NCBI RefSeq assembly: GCF_006345805.1
Contig: NW_021832224.1
Coordinates: forward strand, 62,001-126,000
Source: Octopus sinensis
Taxonomy: Eukaryota
Length of the DNA: 64,000 nucleotides
Direction of reading: 5' to 3'
The notes beneath the pieces were generated by a model. That model had not been told where the DNA came from, made no database searches, and saw nothing but the letters and a program-made list of their open reading frames with translations. This document shows, piece by piece, positions 1 to 12,800 of this stretch (within the stretch, counting starts at the first letter, position 1; the number at the start of each line of letters is the position of its first letter). A program made the position numbers and the translations under genes.

Positions 1-1015
1 CTAGTACAATAAATGTTTGATCACCCACGAAGCTCTCATTTTATGCCTTGCCGCATAAACTTCAGAAATTCTGACAAGTGATTTTATAACCGAAATTTCG
101 ATCTTTTCCTTTTTTCGAGCGTCAAATATTTACATCATTTTGGTAGATGTTCAAAATTAACTTTGTTGAATTGAATAATAACCATGACGTTCTATTCCGA
201 ATCACCCAAAACTCAAATCGAGGGCAAATAACGAGAAATATTCTTCGAAAAATCCCACTAAAAGGTACATTCATGTATTTCCACACGATTTTGAAAACTT
301 CAAATCTTACTTCTATATATTCAATAACGCAGTAGACTAAATAATAATCAGCCAAACTTATCAGAGTCAACTTGTGCATCAAATACCGCGTATTCGAAAT
401 TAGGTTTTGGATAGAATCCTTAAGTCAACAGAATGTGAATAACCTGAAGACGTGGTGTGACAGCAAATAACCACCAAGATAAAGTAGTTCTAAATTAGTA
501 ACTATTGCAAGAAAAGAGAAAATGAAATTGATAAATGAATGAGGAAATTCTTCGTAATGAAAATACCTGAAATATTTTAAAGACAACAAAAACTGAGCAA
601 CGATGGATTGCATAAGTTTTCTGTAAGATCCAAAATGTTTAGTATCACACAGTTCTCAAATATGGAAGATTTGGAGGGGAACTGTGGTACCTAATTCTCG
701 AAAGACGCAGCTTTGTGATGGTTAGATAGGACTATTATTAAATTAAACAATGGAATATCAATATTCACGCCCTTTTTTTCTAATTGTAAATGAGATGAGA
801 TGACACTTTTCAAAAAATATATGGGCCTTCTTAAAATCAAGGAATGTTCCCAGACCGGCAGCCGAGAGAAAACAACATGCAACTCCAATTTGGATAAGCA
901 TGTAGGAAGAACTTCAAGGTCATCCAATTAGGCCTTGAAGTCTGAGACCAAAACCTTGCCGGGAATTGAAGAAAACAGAGGTATATTTTCATTTTATGTG
1001 TATTTTTCAGATGTC

Positions 1016-1333
1016 ATAATTGGGACTCCACGTGCACAGACACCTTCTCAAAGACCAATATAGTTGACTCCGCGATCAGTCCAGGCTCAGCCGCTGAGAA
1101 GGCTGAGGTACATAAAGCTCAGAAATATTCCAACCTGCTGGACAACTTTATCTTCTCCCCAATATCTGTAGAAACCTCCGGGGCCATGAGCCAAAAATCG
1201 TTTGAACTCGTCGTTAAAATCGGGAATCTGATCTCGAGAAGACGGAGAGAGCCTCGGGAGAAGCAATGGTTGTTCCAAAGAATATCCATTGCGATCCTGA
1301 GGGGCAACGTCTTCTCGATCATCAGCAGCTTAA
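1016..1333 (+). mobile_element. 3' fragment of CRE-like non-LTR retrotransposon (restriction-like endonuclease region)
   Basis: Hand translation WDSTCTDTFS...GSAAEKAEVHKAQKYSNL...PISVETSGAM...EKQWLFQRISIAILRGN; closely similar sequence recurs inverted at ~59720-59950. Confidence 0.75.
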
Positions 1334-1599
1334 GATTATGATAATCATTTTCGCTCATTTGTTTTTTTTTTCCTTTTATAAACTCTCTGAACAACAACCG
1401 AATTTGTGAGTCAACAAAATATATCATTTCAAACTATCAAAAATCATCAGACAAATGCCAGTATAAGACATCAAGGATTAAACACGATCACAGAGAGTCA
1501 TCTTGCTCTTGGAACGTCTGTCAAGCGCTGTGATTCGTGGAAATGGCTTAAAGGCCATAAACGAATTAAATTCTGGGCTTAATTCTTTGAATAACTCAA

Positions 1600-3300
1600 G
1601 TTTATATTGGCAGTATCAATTGGTTATTCCAATGCAATCAGATAGTATAAATTCCATTCAAATCATATTAAACGATAAGAAACAGTTAAATAAACATCAC
1701 TTCTTGAAGCTTCGAAATCGTTTCTGGAAATATCCCGTCCGACTGACATCACCACAACTCATAATTCGACGAAGCCCGACAGTCTCCGGATGACTAATAT
1801 CACTATAACAATCCAAAACAGAATTGCTAGCAAATTATGGGCCAAATTTAACTCATCCGTGTCACATTGGAATCCGTTCACCACGTCAAAAATATTGCCA
1901 GAAGATGCAGACAAACCAATACAGTTCCTCAACTGCCCTGTCAGTTATAGAGACATACGTGAATAATATTCTCCCGAAGAAAGCCAAGAGCCTGGACGAA
2001 CTTGTCTGATTTCCTGCCCTTAAAATAGAGAGGGAATCTAAAAACGACACAACAAACAATACGTAATCTCCTCGCCGCCAACGTTTTGAGACAGTGAGGA
2101 CATTGAGGGGTGGAAGTGGAGGACATATGGATAGGACACATTGAATATGACCCCCAATATGTGCAACAGCAGCACCATACTCCCATAAACAGAGGAAGCA
2201 GTCTCTAAAAGAGTAAGACGCTGATTTACTCCAATCGAGACTGGCAACATGTTCAATGTCAAAATTGCATATTCTGTTCTAAGCAATGTATACACACAAC
2301 AACTTGAAATATCAAGGAAAGTGTCGACACCAGGCTGAACTGCCGCCATTTTAAAAGTCTGAGGAGACGGGAATATCTTTCCTTCCTCTCACCCAGATTG
2401 AGATTGACTAACTTGATGATGGCATCCACTTGATTGGAAATGAGGTCGTGGAGTATCATTTCTCCAATACCCACAACAAAGTACCTCTCGACTCACACAG
2501 CCGGGACATGTCCGACAGAGTAGTCAACTGGAACTTGAAGGAATTGCGAACTGTTTTCAACTTGACTCTCAACTGCCCCACTTTGTGTCGGAGTTGTTCG
2601 ACTTGGGAGTTCTACAGTGAGAAAGACAGCTTACGAATGGGACTTGTTTAATCAGTGTGTTCAAATTAGTGCAGTGCTCATTCAATCGACTCCTCGTATC
2701 ACTCAGAGACCGAGAATAGGCCTGCAGACTGGGAAATGAAGGCCTAACATCAACCGCAAAGCTGAATTGGCACAAAATGACCATTTCAATTTGTTCATGT
2801 CGGTTTTACAGTAAAAAGTAGACTTTCCGTGCTCTGTTTGGTCCATATCGGTCGAAACCAAAAACATGTTTCCTCTCAGACTCAAAACAAGTGAATTGGA
2901 GGCAGGCCCGACTTTATTCTGGCAAAAATGAGGACAGTGAATACATTTTTGAAATAAATCAGGTTTTTGAGGTCGACCTCCCAGCGAATTAAAGGAATGG
3001 GCTCAGATTGGTCTGATCTTCCCCACAACATCAACTGGAAAACTGTGGTTACTCAGAACGTAAAACCACGGGAAGCCAACGACTTTTGGTCAAAAAGTGA
3101 CTTTTGTTTGGGACGAATATCCCACGTGAGGCCACAGTTGATCTTGAAATCAGGACTTTGTAAATAGACTATAAACACATATGTAAATAAAACTACCATA
3201 TTCTGATTCATTGCTGATTATATTGAGAGTGAAATGACATGAGGACACGACTTGAAGGTCTCCAACGAGGAGGTTACTGGCTACCACTTTGTCAAGATGA
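1600..3300 (+). mobile_element. Highly degenerate L1/Tx1-like LINE relic
   Basis: Intronless, stop-riddled, GC-richer block; GVVRLGSSTVRKTAYEWDL resembles the xSAYADD region and GMGSDWSDLPHNINWKTV...W...LGR resembles the post-RT region. Boundaries approximate. Confidence 0.4.
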
Positions 3301-3989
3301 CGTACTCTGAACTAATCAAAGCAAGTTATAAACTGCTATATAAATATAGTTAGTACTTGGTTAGATTCAAGCAAATATTGAATTTGATAGCGTTTAAAGA
3401 ATGTATAGGACTCTTCCATGTTAATGAATATTAAGAGAGCACACGTTTTACATTTTATTAAGAAATAATTTCAATTATATTAAATAAAAAATTGGCATTT
3501 ATTTTCAACTAATTGTGCTCAAATATCTTATTGAATATAAAGGTTATCTTTTCTGCAAGCCGATCTACGCACAGTCATAAACATTTTTGCACTTGAATGT
3601 AGCTTCTCTACTCCTATTATACGCTGGTCAAAGAAGTCAGACCAGAATTAAAGCACATTCCTCTTGATTTCGTGTTGGATTTTGTTCCGCAGTTTTCTTA
3701 ATTTGGATTTACTTTAAGATTACAAGTTTCCATTTAAAGTCTAAAATCTCGTTGACGTATGAACAACTGTCGAGTTGTATGTTCTTTTATATTTTCCTTT
3801 CATAGTAGTTTAATGAATCCCAACAGCTTTTATGGGAGTCGTTATTATAGCTTCTAAAGTTGTTTTCTACATTATGTGAGGTAAGCCATCCATGGGATAT
3901 TGGAAAGATGTGATCCAAACACTGCTGGTATTTCATAACAAATCATGGAAGATTACTTCTCGAATCACCGAATTGAATTTCGAGGCCTT

Positions 3990-4160
3990 TTACCTGAGTG
4001 ATAATTTCGCGAGAATTGGTGGCCGACTAAAAACTGGTGACGATTTTGAGGATATTCCTAAACACTCGAGAAACAAGGCTAGATGGAAAGGACTGGCTGG
4101 GAGAATAGTTGAGAGTACGGCATGAGCGAAACATTAGACACTTATACACTTATGCCATTA
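3990..4160 (+). mobile_element. Short 3' end of an RTE-like LINE
   Basis: RLKTGDDFEDIPKHSRNKARWKGLAGRIVESTA* aligns by eye with the C-terminus KTGDDLDELRSLAYDRGKWKKL of the element at 28.9-32.0 kb. Confidence 0.6.
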
Positions 4161-4357
4161 TCTAAGAATGTTCAAAGTCTTTACATCATTCTATGAGGAA
4201 TCTTTCTTTAGTCTGTGAAAGATAGGGAGTATCAACTGACCCAAAAAAGGGACAAGAACAATGAGATGACGAGTTATGACGTCCAACTATAGATTACTTC
4301 CTAACAATGATGGGCTTTAGATGTTGATATAAATAGAAATTGAGCTCCACTGCTGGG

Positions 4358-4842
4358 ATGAACAAAGACAGCGTCTACAGATATAAGGCGTCCATTTCCA
4401 TCGAGGATAAACAACTTAGAGAAAAAAACTTTGTTTTGGACTGTATTGCCGTAGATAACGCCGCCAGTAATAATTTCAAAATACGGCCGAGGGTGGTCGA
4501 TGTGATCCCCCCTTACAAGCCTAACACTGATCCTTCCCTGTCACACTATTTTCTGACAAAACCAGTAAAGGAGGCGCTAAAGTTCAACAAAATCGTAATC
4601 AGTCAACTAACTGGTGATAGAATAAAGTGGAGGACATTTCCTCAATGTTAGGACATGTCCCCGACAAGTTTTGTACAGTCGGACAGGCTGCCGTGTATTT
4701 GGCAACACGCAACAAGTTTGGATCAGGTCACTCATCCTTCGAGAATACAGGCCATGGCTATTTTTTGGGGAACCTGACTCCCCTCATTGGGTACAACGGA
4801 GAGGACGGATACCGCACCAACACTCCTGCACTCAGAAGATAG
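4358..4842 (+). CDS. C17orf98/SPMAP1-like ciliary/sperm microtubule-associated protein; 2 exons
   Basis: Motifs EKNFVLDCIAV...VIPPYKP.DP...YF and YLATRNKFGSGHS...GYNG.DGYRTNTP.LR; one 26-nt GT-AG intron (gtaatcagtcaactaactggtgatag) joins ORFs 4340 and 4627. Confidence 0.7.
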
Positions 4843-5003
4843 CCAACTGATTCCACTTACTAATATTCTCACTAAACATTTTGTTTTAGTATTATTTGGT
4901 AACTTTTGAAGTCAATACAATTTAATAAACTGCTAAATAAAATTCTAAATAAATTGATAAATAAAATTATAATAAAATGGTCAATTGAGGTGGTTATATT
5001 TTG

Positions 5004-6642
5004 ATGGCTGATTTTGCTGATGGTCCATCCAGCAATTTACGATCCAAAAGAAAGTCAAAGTGATATAATAGCAATTTACATTTCCAGTGTGTCACCATCA
5101 AAAAACGAGAATGAAAAAATATTCCTCACCCCCACCAAGCGAAAAAAAAGTGTCCAATCCCCCAAAACGTCTTCTACAAAACTGACCCCCCTGCTGACTG
5201 CCATGAAGGTGGAGGGCATTCTCACACCACCAGGTCTCATCACCCGCCAAAAAGAAAAGATCGAGCCAATTTTCTCCCAAATCGACTGCAAGAACGGCAA
5301 AGATTGTAATCACATTGAAACATTACTAAAATAGACAAAATACAAAGAACAATTGAAAATTGCAGCCCAAAAGTACCAAAATTGTGGCCAAAATCAATTT
5401 TAGCCTGCACTGTTCGACAATCCCGGATGTGTTGGTCAGTCGGGAGGAGGAATTCTCGCAAATAAAGAAATTCACGGAATCCCAACTCAAATCCTTGAAC
5501 GGAGGGTGAGAAATGTCGTCCGATTGCAGATGCCTCTACGTTTCGGGTGTCCCCGGGAGTGGAAAGACGGCCACGGTGACCAAGGTTGTCCGCGAATGCC
5601 AGAAAGCGAGTCCTGCCCGTCTGAAACTACTGGAAGTCAACTGCATGAACATAACCGAGCCCAAACAGATTTATAATTTGATTCACAAGGCCATTTTTGG
5701 CAAAAAAACGAACCCAAAGACGGCGTTGGATAATTTGACTGGCCATTTCTCGACTGAAGGAAAGCCCAAGTGGCCTAAATTGTTTCTCGTTCTGGACGAG
5801 GTAGTAAGAGGGGTCGAATTAGATGGACTTGTTGTGGACTCGACGGCAGGACGTGTTGTACAATATGTTTGATTGGCCAACCCAGTCGTCACTCGCCGTC
5901 ATTGCTATTTCCAACACCCTCGATTTGCCAGAACGACTGCTCAGTCACCGGGTGGCCAGTCGATTGGTGTTTTGTGTATTCTGACTCGAAGGGACCCAAC
6001 CGAGTGTCCTTCAAGCCCTACGTGTTCGCAGAACTCAAATCCATAGTCCTGCAGAGAGTGCGGGATTTGGATATATTCGACCCGGAAGCAGTCGAGTTTG
6101 CTTCCAGAAAGGTGCTGTTTGTGCTGATGGCAGGTGTCCGCTGTTTCGGGGGATGCTCGAAGTATTCTCTCCGTGTGTCGGCGACTCATTGAGGCCAGAC
6201 AGTTGTCTTTGGAAGAACAATCTGACCCCACCTGCTCGAAGATTGGAATTCGGGACATGGACGGAATATTTGCTCAAATACACAATTCGCCCAAAGTGCT
6301 GGCAATTCGGTTATTTCGATGTGGACATAAATAGTAATCTGTCCACAATGGAGAAGTTGTTATTGCAGTGCCTCATCAATGCCCAGAGAAGCATGTCTGT
6401 CGACGACGTGCCTGTGAGTGCCCTTCATGGCCGTTTTGTGGACTCTTCTCGGACAGAGGGTGTCTATTGGGGGTGACGTGGTAGGCCACCACTATGGATA
6501 CAGTCATTCTCAATTCTTACAACTCCTCTCGTCTCTTGCTGCTTGTCGGTTTGTTACTGTCGAGGATACTCGTCTTGGTAACTGCAAGTCTGTCGTTTCC
6601 CTAAATGTGGCATTTGACGATGTTTTGTTGGCACTTTGTTGA
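5004..6642 (+). CDS. ORC1: Origin recognition complex subunit 1, ~460 aa, ~10 mini-introns, no BAH domain
   Basis: Spliced translation [17 protein letters not shown]...[17 protein letters not shown] (Walker A), [23 protein letters not shown] (Walker B), [20 protein letters not shown]-terminal winged-helix region. Confidence 0.93.
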
Positions 6643-6824
6643 TTTTGTATTTAAATTTGACTTATTTGCTGAGAACATTCATTTTAGCTCAAACTGGACT
6701 TTCCTTCAAAATGTGTTCGGCAACGACCAGAATATTTATTAAGAGCAATTTGTGATTTGTTGATATTCTGTTTATATAATGACTAAAATAATTAAATAAA
6801 TAAAGCGGGACTTTTATGTGAAAA

Positions 6825-9800
6825 ATGAGTCACGTTGACGCATCTCAAGACATGACAAGAGTGGCATGTACCATAATCCAGGAGGCAATAACCAAGTGCT
6901 CAAACAGTATTAATCACAATATATTAACAAGTTGAGACTGACCCTCACTGCCTCGACCACCTGTTTGAGTTTATTGAAACATCCCTGGAGACAGAAAAGA
7001 CCTCGAATATATTTCTCTGTGTGGACAACACTGTCTGGCTGTATGAAATCATGCTGGATGTAGCGAGGACAGCCTGCACTCCAGTATTTGACAAGATGGT
7101 CTCATTGGAGTATAAATTGCTGCAATTTAATCTTCAAACAAACCACAAAATCTTCACTTTGATACTCCGCCGACTTGTAATCCTCTTTGGAAGTATTCAA
7201 TGTGTAATTATATTAGAAATCTGCCAACAAACAACCCTCTCAACTATCAAATTAGATGTAATTAAGTTAATTAATAATTAGAAATTTACTGACCAGGACT
7301 CACACCCACAGGTAATCCTCCAAATCAAATCAGCCGACCAAATGCACCAAATTCTGCAATTCTTCTTGTTTATTAATTTATAATCAACTTAGACTGACTT
7401 TCAATCACTTTGGGGACCACATTGCTCTCATTCCCGAGGCTTCCATTATTCTAGACATTGTGATCAAACTCTCCTCCCAATCAGTAAACGACCTTGGTTA
7501 GTCTCAGTTATATTTGAATGTGGCAACTGCCTGTCTCCTATCATTGCTTGAGGGGGACGTCAGTATTGGAATTGGCCATTTTGTGGGCATTTTTTCACTC
7601 ATTGCTCGAGGAATTGGGATTATCCCCAACAGAACTGACACCGCACTGATAACTGCCTTCACTGATTATTTATCACGCAATCCGACTTGTCATTGGCCTC
7701 CATTTTATGTTCTCAATTCTTTAAATTTGATAAAAAACGAAACAATCAGGATCGCCTTCACTGCTGATTGGGAATATTTCAACGGCCTTTTAAAGTTGTT
7801 TATTCAATTGGATTACCACGAAATGAATAAATGGATTGTATTCCACACCATTGACTGCATTCAGAGTGAGTTGGTCGTTGAGGTGGGTCATCTCCGACTT
7901 GAGTGTGTAGAGCATTGTCACACTTGCTGAACTTTGTCTGCGAAATGATTGCGGGTTAAGTGAATCTTTTAGTTTTATGGACTGGTTGGGTGAGCATTTT
8001 GAATCTTTAAGACAGCGAATATCTGACCTACCATTTGTATTATATCAGTATATATCTGTTATAGTCCATCACTGATTTATACTCACTACTCATTCATGTG
8101 CAAATAAAACATGTCAATTTAATAGAAATACAGTATTACGTAACTTTAATAGTATTAGGGTAACTGAACTGTTTGTTTGTCTCTGTAAACAACTGCTCTA
8201 CTCAATCTCATCCCCCGAGTCCCTCGTTGGTGTTTCCGTGATCCGTCACTTGTGTTGCCGAGGTTGTCTGTCCACAGACCTACCTGGTGACTTTAATCAG
8301 GAGAATGTAATAAACGAGTTAATAAACCGAGCCCAGTCTCTGAGCCTAGTCAATGAAAAAGGTTGTTTATATTCATAAGCGTAGTGCTCTACTTTGGAAT
8401 GTTTATAGAACTGTTCACTGGAGGGTTGGAGATATTTCAACATGCACTTGAGTTCTTCTCATCGTGCTTAGTCTCCTTTGATATTAATATAAACAGAGAG
8501 GAGTATACGGACAGGAAGTGCTGGAATTAGTATTAAACAGACTTCCCACAGTTCTACAAAGGTGGACTAACGATGCCTTGTTGAGTGGCGAACTATCCAG
8601 CATACTCGGGTGTCCATTCGTTAATTAGAGCACTAGTCGTGTAGTTGACAGTACTGAACTGCTTATATACCTCCCTTGTGGTCTCGCTGGGTGCCTTGAT
8701 TTAACCCGCGAATGTCACTTTTGTACAAAATGTGATCTTCCACTGAGTTCATACGACACCGCCTCCACTAATATGCACATTTGTCACATTGTAGCAGACA
8801 TTTTTATTAAACTGAGCAACCAAATCACCAATAATGTACGAGGGGTAGTGACACAGTAGAAAATGAGTGCACTGGTGGGGATTGTTCGGTTACTACTGCA
8901 TACTGATTCGATTCTGGCACCCACAATCACCCAAACTGTTTTCGAATGTTTGCTTCAGCTTATGAAAGAATGTCCTTTACAATATTTTATGAAGCACATG
9001 TATTTTGTTGTTTTATTGTGGGGCTCTGGTGGTCAGACTAAAGAAAAGTGCAAAGTGGAAGACCTGCTATTTACCCATCGTCCAGTCGTGGGTTGACAGA
9101 CTTGTGTCCATTGACGAATGGTCCCCTCAAAACCTATCAATTCTCATCTCATTGTGATTCTTTGTAATAATTCGTTTAGTTGTGACAGACACGAGTCAGT
9201 CTCCCAAGTTCTCAATAGTTTATTCCTCAAATACATTTCCGAAACTACTTTCAATCATCTTAAATCAGTCGTATTGTCATATTCACCTTGCAGTTTCACT
9301 TACTACTTGATACTACTAGACTGGAGTTGAACATTAGTTGCATCCACACAGCTCTGATCGAGGTATTGTAGTTGGCTATGATAAGAGTTTTCCGGCATAT
9401 TTGGAATACTCGAATGTGTCCGATTTGCAGTCCTTGTTTGCCCGAATTGCCTTTTTCCTACAAATTCCACTTTCTATTCGCCTCGTTTTGGTTTTGTGTT
9501 TATGACTGATTGCCAGAAAATTGCTCGAAGAACACTTCCGGTGCTCTTTTTGAGAGAGACTCCTTCACTCAACACATTCATTAATTTCGTGGCCAATTTT
9601 TGTTGCATTGTAAACTTGTCCAATCAAATGTAGAGTCGAAGTAAACTGATTGTGGACAATATTGACAAAATATATTCCCATGTGGTCTGCCACTCTCAGT
9701 CCCTTCACGAATCTGACCGTAGATTAGCCAATTTGCAGGTTTGTGTCATTAGTGAGGACCCAGACATTCTCCCGTGCTAACTTGGAGGTGATCATCCGTC

Positions 9801-12800
9801 TTCGACTGCAATCCATTCTGAACAGCTTATTTCTCAATATTTTACCATTTCGGCAAAAAGTACTCCAATTTTGTCACTTGAAGGTCCTTGATGCGCTTAG
9901 TGCGTTGTCCAGACACGAAGATGCAAATTCGGCTTCACTTGTAAATATTAGATGACGTAATGTCTCAGAAATTATTCATTCGTCACCGATTGCTGGGACT
10001 GCTGCTTTTTTGCGAGAATATTTTAAGAAGAAAGAACTGTTCTGTCGACAATAGACTACGAGTACTCCTTTGTGTGATTGTTCAGATTTTAGAAGGGTTG
10101 AGTTGCATCATCAATATTCTCGACTCCAACGACCTGTTCATTAGCTGCCAAAAGATCTGCCATGTCATGTAACCGACAAGACTCATCTTTAGAGGTCTTT
10201 CTGCAGTCCCAGGTCCGCCAGAGTTGATGCACGCTTATTGCCGGGGTTTCCTGGACTTTGTCAGTTGGTTTGAATTATTCTTGTTGATTTTAGTCTTGAT
10301 AAGTCTGTCCGCTCGTGTGTAGCTCCTCGTATTGTTGTACACGTCCTGTCTCTAATTTATGACATTCCCGAATCCCGGGCCATTTTTGATACCATTCTCT
10401 CGCAGGAATCTCCACTATTTTCGAGTCAAGATATGATTCTTCTGCCCTCTGAAGATCATTTGGGACAATTACAAAGTTTTCTGGACGAGAAGAGGGAATT
10501 CAAGAGGTTTGGATATTTCCTAACGTTTAAAGTACGTCAGTCATTGGGAGACTACATCTGATCCTGAATGGAATGAGGAATGAACATTTCCTCGTATGTG
10601 AGTACTCTCTCTCCCAACTCTACGATGAATTAAGCAATGTAGAGTCCCACCCAGTCATTCTCTCGGAGGATCAACTGTTATCGGCCATCTTCTCACAAGT
10701 TAATTGTCACCCTAACCACCAGTTATTTACTGTGTTAGAACAGCACAACACATTCCAAATTCGCCTTCTTTCTGCCAAGTGTCTCGGATTGATTCGTTCT
10801 CTTGACTCAAAGTTGTATTTGTGTATATGTGCTTTAGAATTGCCATTCCACGTAGTTCTGTATTGCCCTTTCGAGACATGTCCGTCAGTTCTGAGGGGTT
10901 TCAGTATAGTCTCATACTCCATCTGGTCAATTTCTATTTCTCTGCCACCGAGGCCAAGTTCCAGGTGTTCAGTTTAGAGTCTATTCTTAGAGCCTGTCTG
11001 CTTTTACACTACAAGAAGTTCTGAAATGGGTCGGGATCGAATTTGACGATAAAAGTCAACAAATAACTGGAAATAGTCTCTGGTCACGTCTCCCTGCCAA
11101 CATCAAGACAGTGTGTCTGCCCCTCTTAACCTCGACGTATTATATTGCCCACATTAGCAGATACTGTATTGTATGGAATCCAGTTCCTGACAATTTGGAT
11201 ATTCCTTTCTATTCCACACAATGTTCTTCTGCGGCGGATTGGGTGAGGAAATGGACTTGTTTTTTGGCCCAAAACATAAAAACCCCTCAAATTCGGGCAC
11301 TAGTGGACATTCTAATGCCAATTCTCCACAACTCTACCGACTTGATCACGTTTTTTCTGTATTATTTGAACATTGTCCGCCATTCTTGATTCTCCGACTA
11401 CTCTCAAGGAATCGGTTGGTTATAAATGACAATTGACAGATCACCCGGGAATTCAACGCAATTCTCAACTCCCAATGCGACAAATCACTCTACCAAGTAG
11501 TCATCGGACTGTACAACTCAATGTGGACTGTTTTCCAAAACACTGGACAAGAACAGTGTTACAATCGAGTGTTGTTGTCTCTACAAGTTGTGGAAGGCAG
11601 CATATGAGTGTGGACTCTACTCCCAGGCACTGCAGTACCTCGAACGACATTTAACTCAAATTGGCAGTGCAGATGATGATTATTTAGGTAATTGACCACT
11701 ACTGCAGTATTGTAGTGTTTTTATGTGATATTTGTACATCTCTTGGCGATTGGGACGAATTGAGGGGGGTCAAAGCTCTTTTGGACTCACGTCACATTTC
11801 CTTCTCAGATTTGGACACAAGTGGTGTGAAGGACCTCTCCAAATGGAAGGAATATGGCAAAGTAATCCATTTAGGTTAATTTAGCACACGGATGTCATAT
11901 GGAATGCATCATTGTCCGACTTACTGGACGACGCTCTAAACAGGGTAACTACTCGACTGATTGTAGAACGTGGACTTATTTTATGGCCGAATGAACCATT
12001 TACTGGTTACTCTGTCATCTCAACTGGACATTCAAAGTCCGACAAGTCACAACAAGTCAATAATGGACAAGTTTTCCATTTGTTCACATTCTGGCAGATT
12101 ATTCGTCATTCGCGACCTTGAACGACTGGTCGTGTGCGGGGGGTTGAAGGAATGGCATTTGAAGGATAATGTGCTGTCGGTTGGTGTCCTTTATTCATCA
12201 AAGAGTGGTGTGGGAGAGTGTCTTCTCTCAGTGAGACAGTATTTGTCATTGGGGACGAACATCTCCACAATTCGTTGACACATAAAGTGATCCATCTGCT
12301 GAGGAAGAATGGCCGATATGAGGAGGCCATTGCTCAATTGCGAGAATTGTCTGGTGTGACTTTGTCCTCGGTATATGAATATGCCAGAATACATGTGGCA
12401 GCTGGCAGTTGGAGGGTATATTTGTATTTGTAGATTTTAGGCACATTTCCCTCAAATGCCGCATCTGCTTAAAGATTCTCTCAACTTTTGTCTCTCCACA
12501 AGTGATAGAACTCAGGAAACGAGGAAAATACAGGGAAAGGTAGTAGTATTCACTAGTCAGCTGTACTTAATGTGGGCAATCTGTTCTGCTGAGGCATGTT
12601 CGTCCCCCATCGACGACATCCTGGAGGCCTTTGAGGCGTCCATTCGGCATCGTCCAACAAAAGAAAAGCCCTACTTCCACCTGGCCAAATACTACGATAG
12701 ATTGGCAAGTGATGGGAACATTGAGAATTTGAAATGGTAATGTAGACGTGTATTGTAGTGGGCACTGCAATCAGGCCATTCTCATGTTTGGACGGTCTCT

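Noticed and set aside
1-950. Possible partial spliced gene at the window start
   Set aside because: Intron-like segments exist, but no consistent frame or recognisable motif could be built.
4840-4863. TAG reassignment or readthrough after ...PALRR
   Set aside because: Single case; no in-frame TAG in conserved exons of other genes, and TAG appears to terminate CRNKL1.
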